Source: Squalus acanthias (taxonomy: Eukaryota). Taken from it: a stretch of 64,000 nt of DNA. Where the stretch lies: the NCBI GenBank assembly GCA_030390025.1, contig CM059431.1:136402001-136466000 (forward strand), written 5' to 3'. The position numbers and the translations under genes were made by a program. The notes below the pieces were generated by a model. It saw only the letters and a list, made by a program, of their open reading frames with translations. It was not told where the DNA came from and did not search any database. This document shows positions 36,745-49,749 of this stretch, piece by piece (within the stretch, counting starts at the first letter, position 1; each line of letters begins with the position of its first letter).

Positions 36745-39190
36745 CAACAACAACAGCAACTTGTATTTATATAGCGCCTTTAACGTAGTAAAACGTCGCA
36801 AACCGCTGCAGAGCAGTATTTTAAGACAAAGAATTTGACACTGATCCACATAAGGATAAATTAGGGCAGGTGACCAAAAGATAAGAATGGAACCAGGCGA
36901 GTGCAGTCCCACCCAGCTGGACGATGATGGAGAGGCGTTGGAGGAGGATGGAGTGATGAACCGTGTCAAAGGCTGCAGACAAGTCAAGAAGGGCGAGGAG
37001 GAATAGTTTACCTTTGTCACAGTCACAAAGGATGTCATTTGTGACTTTGATGAGAGCCGTTTCGGTACAGTGGCAAGGGCGGAAACCTGATTGGAGGGAT
37101 TCAAACATGGAATTGAGGGAAAGATGGGCACGTATTTGGGAGGCGACAACACGTTCAAGGATTTTGGAGAGGAAAGGGAAGTTGGAGATGTGGCGGTAGT
37201 TTGCAAGGACGGAGGGATCAAGGTTTGATTTTTTCAGGAGAGGGGTGATGACGGCAGATTTGAGGGAGAGGGGGACAGTACCTGAGGAGAGAGAACCGTT
37301 AACAATATCAGCAAACATGGGAGCCAGAAAAGGAAGTTCGGTGGTCAGCAGTTTGGATGGAATAGGGTCGAGGGAGCAGGAGGTGGGTCTCATAGACAAA
37401 ATGTGTGCAGAGTGGTCATGAGGGGAGATCGGATAGAAACTGGAGAAAGATGTGAGTTCAGGGCTAGGGCAGGGGGGAACCTTGGAGGAAGTTTGGCCCA
37501 GTGGACTCGGGGAAGGAAGGGAAGTGGCAGAGGCAGCTGAACGGATGGTCTCAATCTTAGAGACAAAGAAGTCCATGAGCTCCTCACATCTGTTATCGGA
37601 GGTGAGGGTGGAGGAGACAGGGGAGAGGGGTTTAAGAAGACGGTTAGCAGTAGAGAATAGGAGCCGGGGTTTATCTTTGCATTCCAGAATGATTCTGGAA
37701 TAGTGAGCAATTTTGGCAGACGAGTGCTTTATGTGGTCCAGCCAGATCTGGCAGTGGATGACTACACCAGTTGTCTGCCATGTCCGTTCGAGTCTGCGTC
37801 CCTGGGATTAAGGGAGCGAAGATGAGAGCCGTACCAGGGGGAAGGGCTAGGGTGAGAGAGGGTAATTGTTTCAGGAGGAACTAGGGCATCAAAGATAATG
37901 GTGAGGGTGTGGTTGAGCAGATCGGTGGCTGCAGAAATGTCGTGGTGAATGGAGGGCCAGAGGCTGGAGAGTTGGGATTTCACAAATGCATTTGTAAGAG
38001 AGTTGGGAGATAGTTTTTTCCAGGGGCGGACAGAGAAGAAAGTAAGGTTGGGGGCTGGGGTTGGGTGGAAGGGGGATGTGGGTCGAGAGCGATACGACGA
38101 AATGGTCAGAGATGGCCTTATCCTCAATTGACACAATGGGCGTAGCGAGGCCACGAGAGATGGCAAGGTCGAGGGATTGACCGTGAATATGGGTTCGAGA
38201 GTTTACATGGAGGGAGAGATTAAGGGAAGTTATGAAGGCTCGTGAACGCAGAGGAGAGAGAGCATGATGAATTGAGATGGAGGTTGCAATCAACGAGGAT
38301 GAGAAGTCGTTCGGTGCAGAGGCTGAGGGAGGAGAATAGTGAAGATATGTCAGTAGTAACATTTTTATGGTACTTCGGTGGACGGTAAAGAACAAGAATT
38401 TTAAATAAGAGGTGAGAGTTGTGGAATAAGGTGAGATGCTCAAAGGAGGAGAAACTACCAGAGGAATAGTGGGACAGACCAAGGTGTGATGTGGTGATGA
38501 GAGCCACACCGCCACCACGGCGGTCTGAGCGGAGCAAATGTTGGAAGGTATAGCCAGGCGCGGAGGCTTCATTTAAGGGTAAGGTGTCATCACCCCTCAA
38601 CCAAGTTTCCGTCAGGGCCATGATATCGATGCAATCATCCACGATAAGCTCATGGATGGCAAGGGCCTTGTTCACAAGTGAGCTGACATTCTGGAGGGAG
38701 ATGCGGAGAGGTTTGGTGATGGCAGACCCACTGCCAGGATCCATAGGGTCAGCGCTGGGGTGGATGAATTGGATGGGGAGGAGTTGGCAAGATTTGCCCC
38801 TAGTGGGCGCACTGGGCGGGAAAGTCGGCGAGAGAGAAGGATGGGACAGTTGGGGTTTCTGCTCGTCAGGAGGCAGTGACGAGTGCCTCGATGGGCACTT
38901 CGCAGGATGCCGAGAGAGGCACAGAGGGAAGCTGTGGGCTTATCTAAGAGGAAGTGAAGCCTGGGACGACGGCAGGAGAGTAGGAAGGTCGAAGAGTATT
39001 GAAGGATTGGTGTAGGGATTTGGGAGGGCAGTGTATCCGAGAGAGGAAAGATGAAAGGAGGCATGCCGAAAGGAGAGCGCTTTCAGGTAGGGTTAGAGAG
39101 AAAAGGAAAATAGGGGAAAAAGTGTAATGGTTCGGGTCCGGAGCGGCAATCAATGTGCGCACGCGAATGGATGGACAGGGGAAAATCTCA
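36745..39190 (-). mobile_element. L2 LINE with endonuclease and N-terminal RT, internally deleted
   Basis: ORF 38220..38744 (LQNVSSLVNK, MALTETWL), ORF 36821..37576 (NYRHISNFPFLSKILE, LLDLSAAFDTV) and a (TTG)n tail. Confidence 0.92.
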
Positions 39191-39254
39191 GATTACACAG
39201 CTCCTACTCAGAGAGAGAGATCGGAAGAATGAAACATACTCTGCTCACAGTCCC

Positions 39255-39286
<32 letters not shown>

Positions 39287-39651
39287 TATCAGAACAGGGA
39301 TACAGGCTCTGGTCACAGACCCTACTCAGAGAGAGAGAGAGTTCAGAACAGGGACACAGCCTTTGGTCACAATCCTTACTCAGAGAGAGAGTTCTGAACA
39401 GGGATACAGGCTCTGGTCACAGTCCCTACTCAGAGAGAGAGAGTTCAGAGCAGGGACACTGCCTCTGGTCACAGTCCCTACTCAGAGAGAAAGAGAGAGA
39501 GAGAGAGAGAGTTCAGAACAGGGACACAGGCTCTGGTCACGGTTCCTAATCAGAGAGAGAGAGTTCAGAACAGGGACACAGCCTCTGGTCACAGTCCCTA
39601 CTCAGAGAGAGAGAGTTCAGAGCAGGGACACAGCCTCTGGTCACAGTCCCT

Positions 39652-39690
<39 letters not shown>

Positions 39691-39854
39691 AGAACAGGGA
39701 CACAGACTCTGGTCACAGTCCCTACTCAGAGAGAGAGAGTTCAGAGCAGGGACACAGCCTCTGGTCACAGTCCCTACTCAGAGAGAGAGAGAGAGAGAGA
39801 GTTCAGAACAGGGACACAGGCTCTGGTCACTCTCCCTACTCAGAGAGAGTGAGT

Positions 39855-39898
<44 letters not shown>

Positions 39899-40186
39899 GA
39901 GAGAGAGAGAGAGAGAGAGAAAGAGTGAGAGAGAGAGAGAGAGGTATCGGTACAGGGTCACAGCTTCTGAAAATTGTCCTTACTCAGGGAGAGTTCAGAA
40001 CAGGGACACGGTATCTGGTCACAGTCCCTACTCAGAGAGTGAGAGTGAGAGAGAGTGAGAGAGAGAGAGAGGTATCGGTACAGGTTCACAGCTTCTGAAA
40101 ATTGTCCTTACTCAGGGAGAAATCAGAACAGCGACAAAGCCTCTGGTCACAGTCCCTACTCAGTGAGAGAGTAAGAGAGAGAGAGT

Positions 40187-40270
<84 letters not shown>

Positions 40271-40735
40271 GTACAGGGTCACAGCTTCTGATCCTAATAC
40301 TTACAGAGATAGAAATCAGAACAGGGACACAGCCTCTGCTCACAGTCCCTACTCAGAGAGAGACAGAGAGAGAGGGAGAGACTGAGATCAGAACAGGGAC
40401 ACAGCCTCTGCTCACAGTCCCTACTCAGAGAGAGAGAGAGAGAGAGGGAGAGACTGAGATCAGAACAGTGACACAGCCTCTGGTCACAGTCCCTACTCAG
40501 AGAGATATATCAGAACAGGGACACAGCCTCTCGTCACAGTCCCTACTCAGAGAGAGAGAGAGTGAGTTCTGAACAGGGACACAGACTCTGGTCACAGTCC
40601 CTACTCAGAGAGAGAGAGTTCAGAGCAGTGACACAGCCTCTGGTCACAGTCCCTACTCAGAGAGAGCGAGAGAGAGAGAGAGTTCGGAACAGGGACACAG
40701 GCTCTGGTCACTCTCCCTACTCAGAGAGAGTGAGT

Positions 40736-40775
<40 letters not shown>

Positions 40776-40897
40776 GAAAGAGTGAGAGAGAGAGAGAGAG
40801 AGAGAGGCATCGGTACAGGGTCACAGCTTCTGAAAATTGTCCTTACTCAGGGAGAGTTCAGAACAGGGACACGGTATCTGGTCACAGTCCCTACTCA

Positions 40898-40953
<56 letters not shown>

Positions 40954-41077
40954 GAGAGAGAGAGAGGTATCGGTACAGGTTCACAGCTTCTGAAAATTGT
41001 CCTTACTCATGGAGAAATCAGAACAGCGACAAAGCCTCTGGTCACAGTCCCTACTCAGTGAGAGAGAGAGAGAGAGA

Positions 41078-41170
<93 letters not shown>

Positions 41171-41901
41171 GTACAGGGTCACAGCTTCTGATCCTAATAC
41201 TTACAGAGATAGAAATCAGAACAGGGACACAGCCTCTGCTCACAGTCCCTACTCAGAGAGAGAGAGAGAGAGAGGGAGAGACTGAGATCAGAACAGTGAC
41301 ACAGCCTCTGGTCACAGTCCCTACTCAGAGAGATATATCAGAACAGGGACACAGCCTCTCGTCACAGTCCCTACTCAGAGAGAGAGAGAGAGAGTGAGAG
41401 ATAAAAACAGGGACATCGGCTCTAGGCACAGTCCCTACTCAGGGAACGATCTGAAGAGTGAAACAGCCTCTGCTCCCAATCCCTACTCAAAGAGATAGAG
41501 ATCAGATCAGTGACACGGCATCTGGTCACAGTCCCTACTCAGAGAGAGAGAGAGAGAGTTCAGAACAGGGACACAGGCTCTGGTCACAGGCCCTACTCAG
41601 AGCGGGGAGAGAGATCAGAACAGGGACACAGTCTCTTCACAATCACTACTCAGAGAGAGAGAGGAATAGGAAAACAGGGGCACAGGGTCTGGTCACAGTC
41701 CCTACTCAGAGAGAGAGATATCAGAACAGAGACACAGCCTCTGATCACAATCCCTACTCAGAGAGAGGTATCAGAACAGGGACACAGCCTCTGATCATTG
41801 TCCTTACTCAGGGAGAAATCACAGCAGGGGCATAGCCTATGTCACAGTCCCTACTCAGACAATGAGATCAGAACAGGGACACAGGCTCTGGGCACAGTCC
41901 C

Positions 41902-41932
<31 letters not shown>

Positions 41933-42077
41933 TGAGAGAGATCGGTAAAGGGTCACAGCCTGTGCTCACATCCCTACTCAGAGAGAGAGAAATCAAAGCA
42001 GAGACACAGCCTCTGGTCATAGTTCCTTCTCAGAGGGCGAGAACAAAGCACGGACACAGCCTCTGGACATAGTTCCC

Positions 42078-42116
<39 letters not shown>

Positions 42117-42252
42117 AGAACAGGGACAAGCCTCTGGTCTCAGTCCCTACTCAGGGAGACTGAGATCAGAACAGTGACACAGCCTCTGGTCACAGTCACT
42201 ACTCAGAGAGAGAGATTTCAGAACAGGGCACAGCCTCTGGTCTCAGACCCTA

Positions 42253-42338
<86 letters not shown>

Positions 42339-42798
42339 TCAGAACATGGACACAGGCTCTCGTCACAGTCCCTACTCAGAGAGAGAGAGAGAGAGAGTGA
42401 GAGATAAAACCAGGAACATAGCCTCTGGGCACAGTCCCTACTCAGGGAGCGAGGGAGAGAGATATCAGAACAGGGAAATAGCCTCTGGTCACAGTCCCTA
42501 CTCAGGGAGAGAGGGAGAGAGATATCAGAACAGGGATATAGCCTCTGGTCACAGTCCTTACTCAGCGAGAGAGGGAGAGAGATATCAAAACAGGGAAATA
42601 GCCTCTGGTCACAGTCCCTGCTCAGAAAGAGAATGACAGTAACAGAGAGAGTGAATGAGGGAGGGAGAGAGAGAGAGTGAGAGAGATCGGTATAGGGTCA
42701 CAGCCTCTGATCATAGTTCTTACTCAGAGAGAAATCAGAACAGAGACAGAGCCTTTGGGTACAGTCCCTTCTCAGAGGGTGAGATTAAAGCACGGACA

Positions 42799-43926
42799 CA
42801 GCATCTGTGTAGAGAGAACAAGCCAACGACGACTCGAGTCTGGATGACTCTATGTCAGGTGGGGTTACATGTAGCGTGACATGAACCCAAGATCCCGGTT
42901 GAGGCCGTCCTCATGGGTGCTGAACTTGGCTATTAGTTTCTGCTCGACGATTTTGCGTTGTCGTGTGTCTCGAAGGCCGCCTTGGAGAACGCTAACCCGA
43001 AGATCGGAGGCTGAATGTCCTTGACTGCTGAAGTGTTCCCCGACTGGAAGGTAACACTCCTGCCTGGCGATTGTTGCACGGTGTCCGTTCATGCGTTGTC
43101 TCAGGACCTGCATGGTCTCGCCGATGCACCATGCTCCGGGGCATCCTTTCTTGCAACGTATGATGTAGACAACGTTGGCCGAGTCACATGAGTATGTACC
43201 ATGTGGGTGGTGTCCTCACGTGTGATGATGGTATCTGTGTTGATGATCTGCATGTCTTGCAGAGGTTGCCGTGGCAGGGTTGTGTGGTGTCAGATACTGC
43301 GACAATGTATGAACGGACACCGCACAACAATCGCCAGGCAGGAGTGTTCCCTCCCAGTCGGGGAACACTTCAGCAGTCAAGGACATTCAGCCTCCGATCT
43401 TCGGGTAAGCGTTCTCCAAGGCGGCCTTCGAGACACACGACAACGCAAAATCGTCGAGCAGAAACTGATAGCCAAGTCCGCACCCATGAGGATGGCCTCA
43501 ACCGGGATCTTGGGTTCATGTCACGCTACATGTAACCCCACCTGACGTAGAGTCATCCAGACTCGAGTCGTCGTTGGCTTGTTCTCTCTACACAGATGCG
43601 GCCGGACCTGCTGTGATTTCCAGCAAAAAAAGTTTTTTGTTTTCCATACAGACCCCAGCATCTGCCACATTGTCTTTGATGCAATGTTTTGCTGACTGAT
43701 CTGTTTGGACACCATCCACACCTGTGATTGCCGTGATTATCTCTCTGCCGAGGTGTGATAAAGGGCAGTTGGAAAGATTAACTGCAATCATCTGGCTGTG
43801 TTCTCTGACTATATATGCTGTGCCTATATGTATCTCTTCACTTCACCTGACGAAGGAGCAGCGCTCCGAAAGCTTGTGATTTCAAATAAACCTGTTGGAT
43901 TATAACCTGGTGTTGTGCGACTTCTC
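42799..43926. mobile_element. Penelope-like element: two divergently oriented 3' fragments (- 42799-43291, + 43292-43926)
   Basis: GIY-YIG-type C-terminus (LRQRMNGHR...VGEHFS...GLNRDLG) on both strands. Confidence 0.9.
43843..43879 (+). ncRNA. Minimal type I hammerhead ribozyme-like motif
   Basis: tcac-CTGACGA-a-ggagc-agc-gctcc-GAAA-gctt-gtga: catalytic boxes, stem II, stem I (tcac/gtga) and palindromic AGCT stem III. Confidence 0.72.
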
Positions 43927-46662
43927 CTATTCAGAGAGAGAGAGGTCAGAACAGGGACACAGACTCTGGTCACAGTAACTAAACAGAGAGAGAGCAGAAA
44001 AGAGACCAAGTCTCTGGTCGCTGTTCCTACACAGCGAGCGAGAAATCAAAGCAGAGACACAGACTTAGTTCAGAGACATTACTCAGAGAGAGTTTAATAC
44101 AGAGACACAGCGTCTGGTCACAATCCCTACTCAGAGAGAGAGTGACAGAGAGAGAAAGAGAGATCGGAACAGGGTGACAGTCTCTGATCATCGTTCCTGG
44201 TCAGGGGGAAAGATAAGAACCGGGTAACAGTCTCTGGTCACAGTCCCTTATCAGAGAGAGCGGTCAGAGCAGGGACACAGCCTTTAGAGACAGTCCCTAC
44301 TCAGAGAGAGAGAGAGAGAGAGATCGGAACAGGGCCACAGCCTCTGGTCACAGTCCCTACTCAGAGAGAGAGACAGTGGCAGAGAGAGAAAGAGAGATCG
44401 GAACATGGTCACAGTCTCTGATCACCGTTCCTCCTCAGGGGGAAAGATATGAACAGGGTCACAGCCTCTTGTCACAGTCCCTTAGCAGAGAGAAGGAGGT
44501 CAGAGCAGGGACACATCCTCTGGTCACAGTCCCTTATCAGAGAGAGGGAGTTCAGAGCAGGGTCACATCCACTGGTCACAGTCCCTTATCAGAGAGAGAG
44601 TTCAGAGCGGGGACACATCCTCTGGTCACAGTCCCTTATCAGAGTGAGAGTTCAGAGCAGGGACATATCCTCCGGTGACAGTTCCTACTCAGAGAGAGGG
44701 AGGTCAGAGCAGGGACACATCATCTGGTCACAGTTCCTTCTCAAAGAGAGATCAGAACAGGGCAGATCCTCCGGTCACAGTTCCTAATGGTGGAGTGAGA
44801 GATCAGAACAGTCCATACTTAGAGAGAGAGAGCGAGTGAGAAAGAGAGATCGGAACAGGGTCACAGCCTCTGATCATCGTTTTGCTCAGGGGGAAAGATC
44901 AGAACAGGGTCACAGCCTCTGGTCACAGTCCCTACTACGAGAGAGGGTGAGAGAGAGGGAAAGAGAGATCGGAACAGGGTCACAGTCTCTCATCATCGTT
45001 CCTGCTCAGGGGGGAAGATAAGAACAAGGTCACAGCCTCTGGTCACAGTCCCTTATCAGAGAGAGCGGTCAGAACAGGGACACTGCCTCTGGGTACAGTC
45101 CCTACTCATAGAGAGATCGGAAGAGTGAAACAGCCTCTGCTCACAATCAATATACAGAGGGTGAGACCAAAGCAGCGAAATACCCTCTGGTCATAGAACC
45201 TACTCAGAGGGTAAGATCAAAGCAGGGACACAGCTTCTGGTCATAGTTCCTATTCAGAGGGGGATGTAAATGCAGGGACACAGCCTCTGGTCAAAGTTCC
45301 TACTCAAAGACAGATCAGAACAGGGCAGAGCCTCCGCTCACAGTTCCTAATGGTGGAGTGAGAGATCAGGACAGTCCATACTTAGAGAGAGAGAGAGCGA
45401 GTGAGAAAGAGAGATCGGAACAGGGTCACAGCCTCTGATCATCGTTCCTGCTCAGGGGGAAAGATAAGAACAGGGTCACAGCCTCTGGTCACAGTCCCTT
45501 ATCAGAGAGAGCGTTCAGAGCAGGGACACAGCCTCAAGTGACAGTCCCTACACAGAGAGATAGAGAGACAGATCAGAAAAGGGACACGGCTTCTGGTCAT
45601 CGTTCCGACTCAGATGCATCAGAGAAGGGACACATCCTCTGGTGACAGTTCCTACTCAGAGAGAGAGAGGTTTGAACAGAGCCACAACCTCTGGTCACAG
45701 TCCCTACTCAGAGAGAGAGAGAGAGGTCAGAACAGGGCCACAGCCTCTGGTCACAGTCCCTACTCAGTGAGAGAGAGGAAGAACAGGGCCACAGCCACTG
45801 GTCACAGTCCCTATTCAGAGAGAGACAGTGGCAGAGACAGAAAGAGAGATCGGAACAGGGTCACAGTTTCTGATCACCGTTCCTCCTCAGGGGGAAATAT
45901 ATGAACAGGGTCACAGCCTCTTGTCACAGTCCCTTAGTAGAGAGAGCGTTCAGAGAAGGGACACATCCTCTGGTCACAGTCCCTTATCAGAGAGAAGGAG
46001 GTCAGAGCAGGGACACATCCTCTGGTCACAGTCCCTTATCAGAGAGAGGGAGGTTAGAGAAGGGACATATCCTCCGGTGACAGTCCCTTATCAGAGAAAG
46101 CGTTCAGAGCAGGGACACATCCACTGGTCACAGTCCCTTATCAGAGAGAGCGTTCAGAGAAGGGACACATCCTCTGGTGACAGTTCCTACTCAGAGAGAG
46201 GGAGGTCAGAGCAGGGACATATCCTCCGGTGACAGTTCCTACTCAGAGAGAGGGAGGTCAGAGCAGGGACAGATCCTCTGGTCACAGTTCCTTCTCAAAG
46301 AGAGATCAGAACAGGGCAGAGCCTCCGGTCACAGTTCCTAATGGTGGAGTGCGAGATCGGAACAGTCCATACTTAGAGAGAGAGAGCGAGTGAGAAAGAG
46401 AGATCGGAACAGGGTCACAGCCTCTGATCATCGTTTTGCTCCGGATGGAAAGATCAGAACAGGGTCACAGCCTCTGGTGACAGTCCCTACTACGAGAGAG
46501 GGAGGGAGAGAGAGGGAAAGAGAGATCAGAACAGGGTTACAGTCTCTCATCATCGTTCCTGCTCAGGGGGGAAGATAAAAAGAAGGTCACAGCCTCTGGT
46601 TACAGTCCCTTATCAGAGAGAGCGTTCAGAGCAGGGACACAGACTCTAGTCACAGTCCCTAC

Positions 46663-47710
46663 GTCGTCCAGTACTTCCCCGGAGCAGAGAAAATACGCCA
46701 TGTTCTTCGCAGCCTTCAACATGTCATCGATGACGACGAACACCTCGCTAAGGCCATCCCCACGCCTCCTATACTCGCCTTCAAACAGCCACCTAGCCTC
46801 AAAAGTACCATCGTTCGCAGCAAATTACCCAGCTTTCAGGATAACAGCGCCAACGACACCACACAACCCTGCCACGGCAACCTCTGCAAGACATGCCAGA
46901 TCATCAACACACGTGAGGACACTACCCAACAGTTACATGGTACATACGGCCAACGTTATCTACCTCATACGTTGCAGGAAAGGATGCACCAGAGCATGGT
47001 ACATCGGCGAGACCATGCAAACACTGAGACAACGTATGAACGGACAACGCGCAACAATCGCCAGGCAGGATTGTTACCTCCCAGTCGGGGAACACTTCAG
47101 CAGTCAAGGACATTCAGCCTCGGATCTGCGGGTAAGCGTTCTCCAAGGCGGACTTCGAGACACACGACAACGCAAAATCATCGAGCAGAAACTGATAGCC
47201 AAGTTCCGCACTCATGAGGATGGCCTCAACCGGGATCTTGGGTTCATGTCACGCTACATGACGTAGAGTCATCCAGACTCGAGTCGTCGTTGGCTTGTGC
47301 ACAGATGTGATTTCCAGTAAAAAAAAGTAAAAATTTTAAAGTTTATGGTTTTCCATACAGACTGCATTTGACACATTAGACCCCCTGTGTCCCCACCTCA
47401 TTGTCTCAGTTGTATCTTGCTATGTCTTTGATGTGGTGCCTTCCTGGCTGACCTGATTGTTTCTCTGCCGAGGTGTGACGAAAAACAGTCAGAAGGATTA
47501 AATGTAGTCGTCTGACATTGTACGCTACGCATGCATTGTTCTCTGTCTATATATGCTTTGCCGATTCGTATTCCTTCACCTCACCTGACGAAGGGGCAGC
47601 AGCTCCGAAAGCTTCTGATTTCAAATAAAACTGTTGGACTATAACCTGGTGTTGTGCGACTTCTCACTTTTGTCCACCCCAGTCCAACACTGGCATCTCC
47701 GCATCATGGC
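46663..47710 (+). mobile_element. Penelope-like element, 5'-truncated, with GIY-YIG endonuclease and pseudo-LTR
   Basis: ORF 46700..47266: NVIYLIRC..C...YIGETMQTLRQRMNGQR...GLNRD. Downstream TATA-like, hammerhead-like and AATAAA motifs. Confidence 0.92.
47581..47618 (+). ncRNA. Minimal hammerhead ribozyme-like motif, second copy
   Basis: tcac-CTGACGA-a-ggggc-agca-gctcc-GAAA-gctt-ctga, with one mismatch in stem I. Confidence 0.6.
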
Positions 47711-48181
47711 CAAAACAGAGAGAGAGAGGTCCGAACAGGGGCACAGCATTTGGTCACAGTCCCTACTCAGAGAGAGAGTAGTTAGAGCAGGAACACAGCC
47801 TCTGCTCACAGTCCCTACTCAGAGAGAGAGAGGTCAGAACAGGGACACAGCATCTGGTCACAATCCCTACTCATGGAGAGAGTGGTTAGAGCAGGAACAC
47901 AGCCTCTGGTCACAGTCCCTAATCAGTGAGAGAGAGGTCAGAACAGGGACACAGCATCTGGTCACAGTCCCAAAACAGAGAGAGAGAGGTCAGAATAGGG
48001 GCACAGCATCTGGTCACAATCCCTATTCAGAGAGAGAGAGAGTGAGGTCAGAACAGGGCCACAGGCTCTGGTCAAAGTCCCTAATCAGAGAGAGAGAGGT
48101 CAGAACAGGGACACAGCATCTGATCACAATCCCTAATCAGAGAGAAATCAGAAAAGAAACTCAGTCTCTGGTCACAGTTCC

Positions 48182-48223
<42 letters not shown>

Positions 48224-48642
48224 TCAGAACAGTGCCACAGCCTCTGGTCACAGTCCCTACTCAGAGAGAGAGAGTGACAGAGAGAGAAAGAGAGATCGGA
48301 ACAGGGTCACAGTCTCTGATCACCGTTCCTGCTTAGGGGGAATGATAAGAACAGGGTCACAGCCTCTGGTCACAGTCCCTTATCAGAGAGAGCGTTCAGA
48401 GCAGAGACACAGCCTCTGGTCACAGTCCCTTATCAGAGAGAGAGAGTTCCGAGCAGGGACACAGCCTCTGGTCACAGTCCATTAACAGAGAGAGTGAGAG
48501 TGGTCAGAACAGGGACACAGCCTTTGGTCACAATCCCTACTCAGAGAGAGAGTGGTCAGAACAGGGACACAGCCTTTGGTCCCAATCCCTAATCAGAGAG
48601 AGAGAGGTCAGAAGAGGGCCACAGACTCTGGTGACATGTCCC

Positions 48643-48675
<33 letters not shown>

Positions 48676-49527
48676 GTCAGAACAGAGCCACAGTCTCTGG
48701 TCACAGTCCCTAATCAGTGAGAGAGAGAGGTCAGAACAGGGCCACAGCCTCTGGTCACAGTCCCTAATCAGAGAGAGAGAGGTCAGAAGAGGGCCACAGC
48801 CTCTCGTCACAGTCCCTACTCAGAGAGAGAGAGGTTAGAACAGGGCCACAGCCTCTGGTCACAGACACTAATCAGAGAGAGAGAGAGGTCAGAAGAGGGC
48901 CACAGCTTCTGGTTGCATGTCCTTACTCAGAGAGGGAGAGGTTAGAACAGGGCCACAGCCTCTGGTCACAGTCCCTACTCAGAGAGAGAGAGAGCGAGAG
49001 CTCAGAACAGGGACACAGCCTGTGGTCACAGTCACTACTCAGAGAGAGAGAGAGTTCAGAACAGGGCCACAGCCTCTGCTCAAAGTCCCGAATCAGTGAG
49101 AGAGAGAGAGAGGTCAGAACAGGGACACAGCATCTGGGCACAGTCCCTACTCAGAGAGCGAGAGAGAGGTCTGAACAGGGCCACAGCCTCTGGTCACAGT
49201 CCCTACTCAGAGAGAGTGAGGTCAGAACAGGGCCACAGCCTCTGCTCAAAGTCCCTAATTAGAGAGAGAGAGTTCAGAACAGGGACACAGCCTCTGCTCA
49301 AAGTCCCTAATTAGAGAGAGAGAGGTCAGAACAGGGCCACAGCCTCTGGTTAAAGTCCCTAATTAGTGAGAGAGAGAGAGGTCAGAACAGGGCCACAGCC
49401 TCTGTTTAAAGTCCCTAATTAGTGAGCGAGAGGTCAGAACAGGGCCACGGCCTCTGGTTAAAGTCCGTACTCAGAGAGAGAGAGGTCAGAACAGGGCCAC
49501 AGCCTCTGGTCACAATCCCTACTCAGA

Positions 49528-49749
49528 GATGCGGAGATTCCGGTGTTGGACTGGGCTGGACAAAAATGAGAAGTCGCACAACACCAGGTTATAGTCCAAC
49601 AGTTTTATTTAAAATTACGAGCTTCCGGAGCTGTTGCCCCTTCGTCAGGTAAAGGTACCTGACGAAGGGGCAACAAATCCGAAAGCTCGTAATTTTAAAT
49701 AAAACTGTTGGACTATAACCTGGTGTTGTGCGACTTCTCATTTTTGTCC
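49528..49749. mobile_element. Penelope-like terminal fragment forming an inverted repeat
   Basis: Both arms match 47583-47705. Arms are 49558-49651 and 49656-49749. Confidence 0.9.
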
